From Leucobacter soli (GTDB lineage: Bacteria > Actinomycetota > Actinomycetes > Actinomycetales > Microbacteriaceae): 64,000 nucleotides of DNA. The DNA lies in assembly GCA_040394175.1 (NCBI GenBank), contig JBEBSS010000005.1:32909-96908 (forward strand), written 5' to 3'. Both the position numbers and the translations under genes were made by a program. Below are positions 9,504-19,131 of this stretch, in pieces. The notes below the pieces were generated by a model, which worked only from the letters and a program-made list of their open reading frames with translations, was not told the DNA's origin and did no database searches. The number at the start of each line of letters is the position of its first letter. Positions within the stretch are counted from its first letter, which is position 1.

Positions 9504-10625
9504 TCAGAGGTCGATGTCGTAGAGATTGGGTTCGGGCGCCAACAGCACGCCGAACTCCTGCTGCACCCGCTGCATGACGAGACGAGCCAGCTGCGCGACG
9601 TCATCCGCGGAGGCAGCACCGCGGTTCGTGATCGCGAGCGTGTGCTTCGACGAGATCGCGGCACCGGAGCCGGGTAATCGGAAGCCCTTCCCCACTCCGG
9701 CGTGCTCGATCAACCAGGCAGCAGACAGCTTCACCTGTCGCGGCTCCGCCGCCTCCGGCGCGACGGGGACGACGCCTCGCTCGAGATCCTCGAAGGAGAT
9801 CGTGACCGACTCCGGCTGCTCGTCCTCGATCGGGAAACGGGGCGCATCGTCCGGGAGCGTGTGCGCGAAGTGCTCGGAGACGATCGGATTCGTGAAAAAC
9901 GATCCCGAACTCCAGCTGTCATGGTCGTTCGCATCGAGCACCATGCCCTTCGAGGCCCGTAGTCTCAGCACCGCATCCCGCAGCACGCGGAGCGGCACGC
10001 GATCGCCGACGGAGACACCGAGAGCGCCTGCGAGCTGGCCGTAGCGGACCGGCGCAGAGAGCGCTTCGGCATCCGCATGCAGCACGAGATCGATCGAAAG
10101 CACCACTCCGCGGCGGCCGCGCTTGATCGAGGAGTTGCGATAGCTCAGCTCCAGGTCGGCAGCAGTGAGCCGCATCACTTCGCCGCTCATCTCATCGAGA
10201 AACTCGATCGAATGCAGGACATCGCTCAGCTCGGCTCCGTACGCTCCGATGTTCTGAACCGGCGCAGCACCGGCCAGACCGGGGATCCCGGACAGCGCCT
10301 CGATCCCTGCCCATTTCTGCTCGACGCAGAACGCGACGAGCGAATCCCAGTCCTGCCCCGCCTGCACGCGAATGCGAACGCGATCCTCGTGCCGCTCGTC
10401 GACCACCCGGTCGACGCCCTCGCTGCGAACGAGCAGCACGGTTCCTTCGAAGCCCTCATCGCTGACGATCGTGTTGGAGCCGCCTCCGAGCAGAAGCCAA
10501 GGCGACCCGGAACCCCAGAGTTCACGCGTCGAGCGAACGAGCTCTTCTTTCGAGCGCGCGAGGATCACTCGACCCGCGGGGCCGCCGACGCGCATGGTCG
10601 TCAGCTCGGCGAAGCGCGTGTTCAC
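9504..10625 (-). CDS. murB: UDP-N-acetylenolpyruvoylglucosamine reductase
   Basis: 'LLGGGSN', 'LSGIPGLAGAAPVQNIGAYG', 'SGSFFTNP', 'SAAWLIE', 'SSKHTLAITN'. Confidence 0.97.
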   Translation of the reverse strand: MNTRFAELTTMRVGGPAGRVILARSKEELVRSTRELWGSGSPWLLLGGGSNTIVSDEGFEGTVLLVRSEGVDRVVDERHEDRVRIRVQAGQDWDSLVAFCVEQKWAGIEALSGIPGLAGAAPVQNIGAYGAELSDVLHSIEFLDEMSGEVMRLTAADLELSYRNSSIKRGRRGVVLSIDLVLHADAEALSAPVRYGQLAGALGVSVGDRVPLRVLRDAVLRLRASKGMVLDANDHDSWSSGSFFTNPIVSEHFAHTLPDDAPRFPIEDEQPESVTISFEDLERGVVPVAPEAAEPRQVKLSAAWLIEHAGVGKGFRLPGSGAAISSKHTLAITNRGAASADDVAQLARLVMQRVQQEFGVLLAPEPNLYDIDL

Positions 10626-11047
10626 GCGAACGACACCACCAGTTGGCTCTTGCCGAGCACTGTCTGATCGGCGAACACCACCCTCAAGTCGATACGAGCA
10701 GTGCGCGCCTCGTCATCGAGCGCAGCCACCGTCGCAGTGACCGTGACGTGCGCGCCATGCTCGGCGTCGACCGGAACCGGCCTCGTGAAACGCACCTGGT
10801 AGTCGACGATCGCGCCCGCCGATCCGAGCCATTCGGCGACGGGCGAGGCAGCGGCTCCCATGGTGAGCATGCCGTGCGCGAGCACACCAGGCAGCCCGAC
10901 GGACTGCGCGACGTCATCGCGATAGTGAATGGGGTTGAAGTCACCGGATGCTCCGGCGTAGCGCACGAGCGTATCGCGGAAGAAGCGCATGTCGCGGGCG
11001 GCAACGACATCTCCGATGGAGAGCTGCTCAAAAACTGGGGCGCTCAT
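10622..11047 (-). CDS. MaoC-family (R)-hydratase, HadB-like
   Basis: Hydratase motif 'YAGASGDFNPIH...GVLAHGM'. Confidence 0.92.
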   Translation of the reverse strand: MSAPVFEQLSIGDVVAARDMRFFRDTLVRYAGASGDFNPIHYRDDVAQSVGLPGVLAHGMLTMGAAASPVAEWLGSAGAIVDYQVRFTRPVPVDAEHGAHVTVTATVAALDDEARTARIDLRVVFADQTVLGKSQLVVSFA

Positions 11048-11490
11048 GCGTCTGCTCCTCTGACGACGAGGGTCGAGATCGCCGTGACGACGTGCGCACC
11101 GACGGCGTCGGTAATCTCGGTCGAGGAAGTGACCATGCTGTTGCCGCCCAGCTGCTTGACGCTCGTCACGGTCATCACACCGGTCAGCTCGTCCCCCGCC
11201 ACGATCGGCCGCGTGTAGCTGAACCGCTGGTCGCCGTGGACGACCCGAGCGAAGTCGACCGCAGCCGCTTCGTCGGCCAGCAGTTGCTGCAGCGTCGCAT
11301 CCTGCACCACGATCGCGAAGGTCGGAGGCGCCACGACGTCCGCGTAGCCGGCAGCACGTGCGGCGTCGGGGTCGAGATGCAGCGGCGCATCGCTCAGCAC
11401 CGCACGAGCGAACTCACGCACCTTCTCGCGCCCGACCAGGTATGGGGAGGTCGGCGGATAGACCTTGCCCTGAATCTCTACGTTCACCAC
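11044..11490 (-). CDS. MaoC/FAS1-like dehydratase N-terminal partner (HadA-like, UPF0336)
   Basis: 'YLVGREKVREFARAV', 'APPTF', 'HGDQRF'; overlaps the next gene by 4 nt. Confidence 0.9.
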   Translation of the reverse strand: MVNVEIQGKVYPPTSPYLVGREKVREFARAVLSDAPLHLDPDAARAAGYADVVAPPTFAIVVQDATLQQLLADEAAAVDFARVVHGDQRFSYTRPIVAGDELTGVMTVTSVKQLGGNSMVTSSTEITDAVGAHVVTAISTLVVRGADA

Positions 11491-11513
11491 GGCAATAGTC
11501 TACAGAGCGCGGG

Positions 11514-12209
11514 TCAGCCGAATACCGCGAGCGCGGCGGAGAAGGCGATCCCGGACACGAGCAGGCTGACGAGGCCGATCAACAGTGGCACGAGATACGC
11601 TCGACCGGGGAGCGCGAGGCCGCGCTGCACCCGAGTGAGCTTCTCGAAGGCCGGGTCGTCCAGCGCCTGAGCATGCTGCTCGGGCGCGGCCGGAAAATAG
11701 CTCGCGAACGCGGGCAACTGCTGGTTCAGCACCAGCCACGCCCCACTGCCCGGTTTCGGCAGGTCGTATCCCTGCGGAACGGGGACCAGCACCGCTCGCA
11801 CTGCCTCACCGCGAGGATGGGCTGCGTAGAGCAACTGGTGCGCGTCGCTGCCGCGTCGAGCGTACGCGATCCGCACCAGCACGGCAGAGGCAACGGGTTC
11901 CGTCGCAGGCACCTGCGCGAGCACCTCGGCGACGCGACGTCGCGCCTTCTTCTGGAACCCAGCGGTCACCGAGACCCCGACGACGACGCACGCCAGCATG
12001 AGCGCATTTGCGATCATCGCGAGCCAGGCGCTCGAACCGCCCAATCCGAACACCCCGTTGCCGCTGCCGAACGCGGCGACGAGGAGCGCCGCGAGCCAAC
12101 CCAGCATGATTCCCACCGCCAGGAAGAACCAGATGACGGTTCCCTGCAGCGCTTGCTGCTGCCACTCGGAGAGTGTCGGCCTCCAAGTGCGGTCGGCGTG
12201 CGGCGCCAT
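11514..12209 (-). CDS. Hypothetical membrane protein (about 3 TM segments)
   Basis: Hydrophobic segments near N- and C-terminus; plausible composition; no family recognised. Confidence 0.7.
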   Translation of the reverse strand: MAPHADRTWRPTLSEWQQQALQGTVIWFFLAVGIMLGWLAALLVAAFGSGNGVFGLGGSSAWLAMIANALMLACVVVGVSVTAGFQKKARRRVAEVLAQVPATEPVASAVLVRIAYARRGSDAHQLLYAAHPRGEAVRAVLVPVPQGYDLPKPGSGAWLVLNQQLPAFASYFPAAPEQHAQALDDPAFEKLTRVQRGLALPGRAYLVPLLIGLVSLLVSGIAFSAALAVFG

Positions 12210-12214
12210 CGCTG

Positions 12215-12823
12215 CTACTTACCGCCCAGGAGTCCCCCGAGCAGATCGCCGATCCCGCCACCGGCTTTGCCGGAAGAACCGGAGCCGCCGCCAAGCAGAC
12301 CCCCGAGGAGATCACCGATCCCGCCACCGGACGAGTTCGAGCCGGAGCCGCCGCCGAGCAGACCCCCGAGGAGATCACCGATGCCGCCGCCGGAGTTTCC
12401 GGCCTGAGCGGTCTGGGATCCCCCTCCGAGCTGCTTGGCGAGAAACGCCATCACGATGGGAGCGAGGATCGGCAGCAGCTTCTGAATGATGTCGCCGAGG
12501 CCGCCCTCGCCCTGAGACCCGAGCGCCAGCGCGACGTCCTGTTCCTTGTCGCCGAGCACGTGCTTGACGATCTTCTTGCCGTCCTCGGTATCGACGGCGT
12601 CGAGTCCGGTGAATTTCGCACCCTCATGCTTCTTGAGCGCCGAAGTGAGCTGCTGCGCCCCCTCCTCGCCGGACGCGTTCACCGCCATGCCGCCGAGCAG
12701 TCCGGGCAGTGCCTGAGTCACTGCCCGCGTCGCAGTCGCCTCGTCGATACCGAGCTGCGATGCGATCTCGCCGATCGGAATGTCCTTCAGCAGATCGTTG
12801 ATGTTGACGTCGCCAGATGCCAT
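12215..12823 (-). CDS. DUF937 (YidB-like) protein with Gly-rich C-terminal repeats
   Basis: '[21 protein letters not shown]', 'DG.KIV.HVLG', three [13 protein letters not shown] repeats. Confidence 0.85.
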   Translation of the reverse strand: MASGDVNINDLLKDIPIGEIASQLGIDEATATRAVTQALPGLLGGMAVNASGEEGAQQLTSALKKHEGAKFTGLDAVDTEDGKKIVKHVLGDKEQDVALALGSQGEGGLGDIIQKLLPILAPIVMAFLAKQLGGGSQTAQAGNSGGGIGDLLGGLLGGGSGSNSSGGGIGDLLGGLLGGGSGSSGKAGGGIGDLLGGLLGGK

Positions 12824-13056
12824 GGGGTCCTCGTTTCGTGAGCGAAGTGCGCCGCGACCGCTTCGCCGCGTTTCAGCGCGCTATCGCTCAGCCTAATAGT
12901 CGCGGGCGCGCCCCGCGAGAAAATCCACGCATTGCAGGCCCGAGAAGGCCTCATCTCAGCACTCGATTGCGTTCTGTGCCCATCAGCAACGAACACGGAC
13001 AAGCTTTGTGGGACATATCCAACGATGGGGTGTCCCACTGGAATATGCTGGAACCC

Positions 13057-14832
13057 ATGTCGCGCATCCGTAAAGTGCTCATCGCCAACCGCGGTGAGAT
13101 CGCAGTCCGCATCATCCGAGCAGCCGCTGACAGTGGCATCGCCTCGGTCGCCGTCTACGCAGATCAAGATCGAGACGCGATGCACTCCCGCCTCGCCGAT
13201 GAATCCTACGCACTCAACGGCACGACGAGCGCGGAGACCTACCTCGTCATCGAGAAGTTGCTCGCGGTCGCCCGCCGTTCGGGCGCAGACGCCGTTCATC
13301 CCGGCTACGGCTTCCTCGCAGAGAATGCCGACTTCGCCCGTGCGGTGATCGATGCCGGCCTCATCTGGATCGGTCCGGGCCCCGAGGCCACCGAGCGTCT
13401 CGGAGACAAGGTCAGCGCCCGCCACGTCGCGGAGAAGGTGGGCGCTCCGCTCGCCGCGGGTACGAGCGATCCGGTGAAGAACGCCGACGAGGTACTCGCA
13501 TTCGCCGACGAAGTCGGTCTGCCAATCGCGATCAAGGCAGCCTTCGGCGGTGGCGGACGGGGCCTCAAGGTGGCCTACGAGCGCGAAGACATCGCTCAGC
13601 TCTTCGAGTCGGCAACCCGCGAAGCGGTCGCCGCATTCGGTCGCGGCGAGTGCTTCGTCGAGAAGTATCTCGAGAAGCCCCGCCACGTGGAAACGCAGTG
13701 CCTCGCGGATCAGCATGGCAACGTCGTGGTCGTCTCGACCCGCGACTGCTCGCTGCAGCGACGCCACCAGAAGCTGGTGGAGGAGGCGCCCGCGCCATTC
13801 CTGACCGACGAGCAGAACGCGGAGCTCTACCGTGCGTCGAAGGCGATCCTGAAAGAGGTCGGCTATGTCGGCGCCGGAACGTGCGAGTTCCTGGTCGCGC
13901 GCGACGGCACCGTCTCGTTCCTCGAGGTGAACACTCGTCTGCAGGTCGAGCACCCGGTCAGCGAAGAGGTCACCGGACTCGACCTCGTGCGTGAGCAGTT
14001 CCGGATCGCCGAAGGCGGCGTGATCGACTACGGAGACCCGGTCGCGCACGGGCACTCGTTCGAGTTTCGAATCAACGGCGAGGATCCGGGCAACGGATTC
14101 CTCCCCGCTCCCGGCCCCGTGTCGCTGTTCAAAGCGGCAAGCGGTCCCGGCGTGCGGGTAGATACCGGAGTGGGATCCGGCGACGAGGTCTCGGGCTCGT
14201 TCGACTCGATGCTCGGCAAGGTGATCATCACCGGAGCCACCCGCGAAGAAGCGCTGCAGCGGGCCCGGCGGGCGCTCGACGAGTTCGAGGTGCAGGGCCT
14301 GCCCACCGTGCTTCCCTTCCACCGCAAGATCGTGCGCGATCCCGCCTTCACGGCTGAGGACGGACGTTTCGGTGTCTACACGCTGTGGATCGAGAGCGAG
14401 TTCGTCAACGACATCGAGCCGTGGGAGGGCGAGGTGCTGCCGCTATCGGCAGACCCGAAACGCCAGACCGTGGCGGTCGAAGTGGCCGGACGCCGCATCG
14501 AAGTCACCATGCCCGCAAACCTCATTCCGCTCGGCGACCAAGAAGTGACCCGCGGACCCGCACCGCGACGGTCACGAAGCGGCTCCGTGACCGGAGCGAG
14601 CGGCAACGCGGTGACCGCCCCGATGCAGGCGACCGTGGTGAAGATCGCAGTCGAAGAAGGACAGCGCGTCGAGGTCGGGGAACAGCTCGTCGTCCTCGAA
14701 GCCATGAAGATGGAGCAGGCGATCCACGCGCCGCATGCCGGCGTGGTCACCGGCATCGATGCTCCGGTCGGCAAGACCGTACCGTCGGGCCATGTGCTGC
14801 TGTCGGTCGAATCGGAACCCGCCGAGCGGTAG
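13057..14832 (+). CDS. accA: Acetyl/propionyl-CoA carboxylase alpha subunit (biotin carboxylase + BCCP)
   Basis: '[13 protein letters not shown]', '[10 protein letters not shown]', '[11 protein letters not shown]', '[12 protein letters not shown]', biotinyl 'EAMKM'; start moved to ATG 13057. Confidence 0.97.
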   Translation: MSRIRKVLIANRGEIAVRIIRAAADSGIASVAVYADQDRDAMHSRLADESYALNGTTSAETYLVIEKLLAVARRSGADAVHPGYGFLAENADFARAVIDAGLIWIGPGPEATERLGDKVSARHVAEKVGAPLAAGTSDPVKNADEVLAFADEVGLPIAIKAAFGGGGRGLKVAYEREDIAQLFESATREAVAAFGRGECFVEKYLEKPRHVETQCLADQHGNVVVVSTRDCSLQRRHQKLVEEAPAPFLTDEQNAELYRASKAILKEVGYVGAGTCEFLVARDGTVSFLEVNTRLQVEHPVSEEVTGLDLVREQFRIAEGGVIDYGDPVAHGHSFEFRINGEDPGNGFLPAPGPVSLFKAASGPGVRVDTGVGSGDEVSGSFDSMLGKVIITGATREEALQRARRALDEFEVQGLPTVLPFHRKIVRDPAFTAEDGRFGVYTLWIESEFVNDIEPWEGEVLPLSADPKRQTVAVEVAGRRIEVTMPANLIPLGDQEVTRGPAPRRSRSGSVTGASGNAVTAPMQATVVKIAVEEGQRVEVGEQLVVLEAMKMEQAIHAPHAGVVTGIDAPVGKTVPSGHVLLSVESEPAER

Positions 14833-14993
14833 CGATCTCGAAGCGCTCGGCGATCCTCGCCGGGCGCTCTGCGAGTTCCCGCACGATCCTCGACCGCAAC
14901 GGCCGAGGAGTGACTCAGGTGCCGGAACCACCCGGCGAGGTACTCAGAGCATCCGGGCGGAATAGACGAGCCGCGGCCCCAGTTGCACTCTGC

Positions 14994-15989
14994 ATGACCT
15001 CCGTGCCGATCTCCCTGCTCGATCTCGCCACCGTCGAATCGAATGGGGGTATTGGCGACGCGCTCGCGCACTCGGTCGACCTTGCGCAGGCGGCCGAAGC
15101 CGGCGGCTATCGGCGTGTCTGGTACGCCGAGCACCACAACATGCCGTCGATCGCATCGAGCGCCACGGCGGTGTTGATCGCACACGTGGCAGCGCGCACA
15201 CAGACCATTCGCCTGGGCGCCGGTGGCATCATGCTGCCGAACCACTCCCCACTCGTGATCGCGGAACAGTTCGGGACCCTGGCCGAGCTGCACCCTGGCC
15301 GGATCGATCTGGGGCTCGGCCGGGCGCCAGGCAGCGACATGGCCACGTTCCGTGCGCTGCGCCGCGAGCTCGCGGCGAGCGACGCATTCCCGGCGGACAT
15401 CCGCGAGCTGCAGCAGCTGCTCGGCGACGACCTTCCTCGCACCGCGGTGAATGCGTACCCCGGCCGAGGGACCCGGGTGCCTCTCTACGTGCTCGGTTCG
15501 AGCATGTTCGGCGCGAGCCTTGCCGCCCAGTTCGGGCTCCCCTACTCCTTCGCCTCGCACTTCGCGCCGCAACTGCTCACTCAGGCGGTCGCGCACTATC
15601 GCGCGAGCTATCAGCCGAGCAGTGCCCATCCGGGGCCCTACGTGATCGCTGCAGTGAACGTCGTGGCGGCGGAGAGCGACGAGGCGGCGGAGTCACTGTT
15701 CGCCCGTGCCGAACTCGACCGCGTTCGCCGCTTCCTCTCGCGGGGGCGACAGCACGAGCTCACCGCGGACGAGGCCGCCGCACTCTACGACACTCCGGCT
15801 GGAGAGCAGATCCGAGAGATGCTGCGCTACACCGCGATCGGCGGTCCGACACGGGTGCGCCAAGAGCTCGAGGCCTTCGCGCAGCACGCCGATGCCGATG
15901 AGTTGATCACGGTGCACCCCGCACCGACACCGCAAGAACGACTCACCTCGGTGAGGCTGACCGCGCCGGGGGCTCCGCCCCTCGGCTAG
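14994..15989 (+). CDS. LLM-class flavin-dependent oxidoreductase (luciferase-like, group 1)
   Basis: 'SLLDLA', 'WYAEHHNMP', '[22 protein letters not shown]', 'GLGRAPGSD'; start moved to ATG 14994. Confidence 0.92.
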   Translation: MTSVPISLLDLATVESNGGIGDALAHSVDLAQAAEAGGYRRVWYAEHHNMPSIASSATAVLIAHVAARTQTIRLGAGGIMLPNHSPLVIAEQFGTLAELHPGRIDLGLGRAPGSDMATFRALRRELAASDAFPADIRELQQLLGDDLPRTAVNAYPGRGTRVPLYVLGSSMFGASLAAQFGLPYSFASHFAPQLLTQAVAHYRASYQPSSAHPGPYVIAAVNVVAAESDEAAESLFARAELDRVRRFLSRGRQHELTADEAAALYDTPAGEQIREMLRYTAIGGPTRVRQELEAFAQHADADELITVHPAPTPQERLTSVRLTAPGAPPLG

Positions 15990-17236
15990 TCCGAGGACAC
16001 GAGCGTCGCTGCGGCTTCCGACATCGCGTACACTGCGGCGAGACAGTCCCGCTCCTCCGAGAACTCCTCGATGCTGTGGCTCACTCCGGTGACGTTCCTC
16101 GCGAAGAGCATTCCCGTGGGGCAGATCTCGGCCAGCACGGCAGCATCGTGACCGGCGCCGGTGGGCAGGAGAGGCGCCTCGATCCCGGCCGCACGCAGCG
16201 CCCGTTCCAGCGTCCCGCGAAGTTCGATGTCGAAATTCACCTCTTGCGCGATCGAGTCGGTTTCGACGACGAGCCGCACCCCGTGTTCGACGGCGTAGGC
16301 CGATGCCGTGTCCGTCACGTCCGCGACCATCTGCTCGACCGTTTCCGGGTTTCCGGCACGTGCGTCGAGCCAGGCTCGTACCTCTCGAGGAATCGCGTTG
16401 GTCGCGTTGTGTTCGACCTCGACCCGGCCGACAGTGGCGACCGCACCGTGTGCTTCGGCACTCGAACGCGCCCGGAGCACGGTGTGGGCGTAGGGAATCA
16501 TCGGGTCCTTCCGAATCTCCAGCGGAGTCGTGCCCGCATGATTCGCCTCGCCGTTGAAGACCATGCGCGTCCGGCTGTGCGCCAGGACCTGAGTCGCGAT
16601 GCCGACCGCGGCATCCAGGTTCTCGAGCGCGATCCCCTGCTCTACATGGAGTTCGAGGTACTGACCGATCCTCGCGATGGCCACCTCATCGCGCCCCATG
16701 CGCGAGGTGTCGAACCCGGCCGCCTCTGCGGCGGCGCGCATGGTGACACCGTTCGCGTCGGTTCTCGCAAGCACGTCCTCGGGATCGATCGCGCCGACGA
16801 GCAACTGGCTGCCCAGGCACCCCACTCCGAAGCGGCCGCCCTCCTCTTCGAGAAATGCGACCACCGCGATCGGGCGTCGTTCGCTCAGCCCGAGCGCCTC
16901 GAGCGCGTCCACCACGAGGAACGCCGAGGCGACTCCGAGCGCTCCATCGTAGGCACCGCCTCCTGGAACACTGTCGAGATGGCTCCCCATGACCAGCGCC
17001 TGGTCCCCCGGCTGCCCCGCCCACGCCCATTGGTTGCCGTTGCGGTCGACCTCGTAGTGCATCCCTCGAGACGCGGCCTGCGCCTGGAACCACGAACGCA
17101 ACTCGGCGTCCGCCTGCGTCCAAGGCAGACGATCGTACCCGGAGCGATCCTCGCGGAGCCCGATGGGGGTCAAGTCGCCCCACATCTGCACGAACGCGCC
17201 GGCGAGGCGCGCGCGGATCGATTCTTCAAGAAACAA
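15986..17236 (-). CDS. M20-family Zn hydrolase (allantoate amidohydrolase / N-carbamoyl-amino-acid hydrolase)
   Basis: [47 protein letters not shown]; TTG start at 17236 after AAAGGGA, overlapping the RpiR stop. Confidence 0.88.
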   Translation of the reverse strand: MFLEESIRARLAGAFVQMWGDLTPIGLREDRSGYDRLPWTQADAELRSWFQAQAASRGMHYEVDRNGNQWAWAGQPGDQALVMGSHLDSVPGGGAYDGALGVASAFLVVDALEALGLSERRPIAVVAFLEEEGGRFGVGCLGSQLLVGAIDPEDVLARTDANGVTMRAAAEAAGFDTSRMGRDEVAIARIGQYLELHVEQGIALENLDAAVGIATQVLAHSRTRMVFNGEANHAGTTPLEIRKDPMIPYAHTVLRARSSAEAHGAVATVGRVEVEHNATNAIPREVRAWLDARAGNPETVEQMVADVTDTASAYAVEHGVRLVVETDSIAQEVNFDIELRGTLERALRAAGIEAPLLPTGAGHDAAVLAEICPTGMLFARNVTGVSHSIEEFSEERDCLAAVYAMSEAAATLVSSD

Positions 17237-18077
17237 AGTAATTCCCTTTCTGGGCGATCTCATCGAACTCTTCGATCTGACGCTGATTCTCCATAGGCAG
17301 AGAATCCACGAACTGATTGAGCAGCAGCATGAGCAATACGTGCGGAGCGGCCGACGAATCGAATGCGAAGTCGGTGCTGACCGGTGCGGCCAGCACCTCG
17401 TCGGCCAGTTCTGCGTAGGGTGAGAGCGTGCTGTCGGTGAGCAGCACGATCTTGATTGAGTGTGCGCGCAATTCTTCGAGCACGGTCTGCGTCTCCCTCG
17501 CATAGCGAGGCAGTGAAATGACGAGGGCAGCGCGTGCGCCGGCATTGCGCGCGCGCCAGATGCTCTCCTTCGCAGCGCTTCCGCAGTCCGTGATCTTCAC
17601 CAGATGCGGGTGGGCCTTTCCGGCGTAGAACGCGAAGAGGCTTGCGAGCGGTTCGGACACGCGCTGGCCGATCACGAGCAGCGGCCGCGAATCTGCGAGC
17701 AGTCGCGCCGAGCGTCGAAGTGACTCGAGATCACCAAGACTCTCCTGCAAACGGGACAGATTCGAAATCTCATCCTGAACGAGTCGCTGCACTGCGCTCA
17801 GCGGCTCCGGCCCCACCTCGCCGCCGTCCTGCAACGCTGCCCTCAACTCTCGCCGCATGTCGCTGTAGCGATCGAACCCGATCGCCTGTGCGAATCGGCT
17901 CATGGACGGCTGACTGACTCCGATTTGGATCGCGAGTTCATTCGCTGACAGAAAGCTGGCCTCGTGCGGATTCGCGAGCACGTATCGAGCGATTCGACGG
18001 TGGCCGGGCGACAGATGCGACGAGTGGAGTCGTTCGATCAAGCCGAGATCTTCAGTACGCATCTGTGTGTCCTTCAA
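17226..18077 (-). CDS. MurR/RpiR-family transcriptional regulator (HTH + SIS)
   Basis: 'HRRIARYVL...ELA..IGVSQPSMSRFAQAIGF..Y', SIS 'LPRYARET', 'VLLTDS..SP'. Confidence 0.92.
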   Translation of the reverse strand: MKDTQMRTEDLGLIERLHSSHLSPGHRRIARYVLANPHEASFLSANELAIQIGVSQPSMSRFAQAIGFDRYSDMRRELRAALQDGGEVGPEPLSAVQRLVQDEISNLSRLQESLGDLESLRRSARLLADSRPLLVIGQRVSEPLASLFAFYAGKAHPHLVKITDCGSAAKESIWRARNAGARAALVISLPRYARETQTVLEELRAHSIKIVLLTDSTLSPYAELADEVLAAPVSTDFAFDSSAAPHVLLMLLLNQFVDSLPMENQRQIEEFDEIAQKGNYFVS

Positions 18078-18103
18078 TTCGAGAGCCGCTGCCGATCCAG
18101 CGG

Positions 18104-18136
18104 CTCCGTGAGGCGGGAGATCTCCGCCTCACGGAG
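18104..18136. terminator. Intercistronic hairpin between SBP and RpiR genes
   Basis: 13-bp inverted repeat CTCCGTGAGGCGG / CCGCCTCACGGAG; a second 9-bp hairpin at 18083-18106 overlaps it. Confidence 0.5.
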
Positions 18137-18153
18137 TGGCTTTTGACAGTAAT

Positions 18154-19131
18154 TTAGTACGGCGTCTCCGGGTTGATCTCTGCCTTGTCGACTCCGTACG
18201 CCCCGGCGCCCCACTTGTCCAGGATCGCTGTGTAGGTTCCGTCATCGATCATCTGCTGCAGCGCCCGCTGCACCGGCTCGGCAAGTCCGTTGTCCTTGGT
18301 GAGCATGATGCCGTTCGTGCCGGGGACGAAGAGATCGCGGCCGATCACCTTGATCACTCCCGGATTGCCCTTCTCGATGTAGCTCAGCGCCAGTCCGGCT
18401 GCCCAGATCGCGTCCACGCGAGAGCTCGTGAGCGCGAGCACGGCCTCGACCTGGCTGGGGTAGGTCTGGATCGTCGCGGCGTCCTTTCCTTCTTCTACGC
18501 ACTTCTCCGATTGCGTGGTGGCTCGTTCGGCCTCGATCGTGCCCTTTCCCACACCGACGGTGAGACCGCAGATCAAGTCGAGATCGGCGCTGTCGGCCTC
18601 GAAGTCCGCCCGCACCATGAGCGCGTTCGCGCCGAGAATGTCGCTGACGAAGTCGACGATCTCTTTTCGCTCGTTCGTGACGGCTGCTGAAGACATGCCG
18701 ATGTCATAGCGATCCGCTTGCAGACCGGGGATGATGCCGTCGAAGCTGGTCACGGTGAACTCGAAATCCACTCCGATGATCTCGCCGAGCGCCTTGCCCA
18801 TGTCTGCGTGGATACCGACGACATCGCCGGTGGATGAGACGAACTCGTTGGGGGGATAGTCTGCGCTCGTCGCCACTCGCACCGCACCGGCGTCGAGGAA
18901 TGCCTGGGGCACCAGCGCGTGAATCTCGTCGTTGAGTTCTTGCTCCGGGATCACCTCTGTCGGCAATGGGATGGCTCCCGGGTCGGCCACGACCCCCGCG
19001 CCGTCCACTCCTTCCGGCGGCTCGCCGGAACTCGCGCAGGCGGCGAGCCCGAGCGCCAGCACGGCGATCCCCGTGCCCGCCAGTGCCCTTCTGAATCGCC
19101 GCCAACGCGGCTGTGACTGGATCATTTTCAC
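18154..19131 (-). CDS. Polar amino-acid ABC transporter substrate-binding lipoprotein (system A)
   Basis: Lipobox 'LAAC'; 'VATSADYPPNEF', 'FDGIIPGLQADRYD', 'DDGTY..IL.KWG'. Confidence 0.92.
   Translation of the reverse strand: MKMIQSQPRWRRFRRALAGTGIAVLALGLAACASSGEPPEGVDGAGVVADPGAIPLPTEVIPEQELNDEIHALVPQAFLDAGAVRVATSADYPPNEFVSSTGDVVGIHADMGKALGEIIGVDFEFTVTSFDGIIPGLQADRYDIGMSSAAVTNERKEIVDFVSDILGANALMVRADFEADSADLDLICGLTVGVGKGTIEAERATTQSEKCVEEGKDAATIQTYPSQVEAVLALTSSRVDAIWAAGLALSYIEKGNPGVIKVIGRDLFVPGTNGIMLTKDNGLAEPVQRALQQMIDDGTYTAILDKWGAGAYGVDKAEINPETPY

Noticed and set aside
85-14322. Long antisense ORFs such as 85..1734, 2860..5385, 7377..8573 and 12787..14322
   Set aside because: They are Arg/Pro/His-rich, have no recognisable motifs, and lie exactly opposite well-supported genes; they are shadow frames.
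14385-14993. N-terminal extensions of ORF-track proteins (LLM 14385, ureohydrolase 25472, protease 37332, permease 53333, GCDH 60897)
   Set aside because: The extensions overlap neighbouring genes in another frame and are low-complexity; downstream starts have an RBS or stop-start overlap and match family starts.
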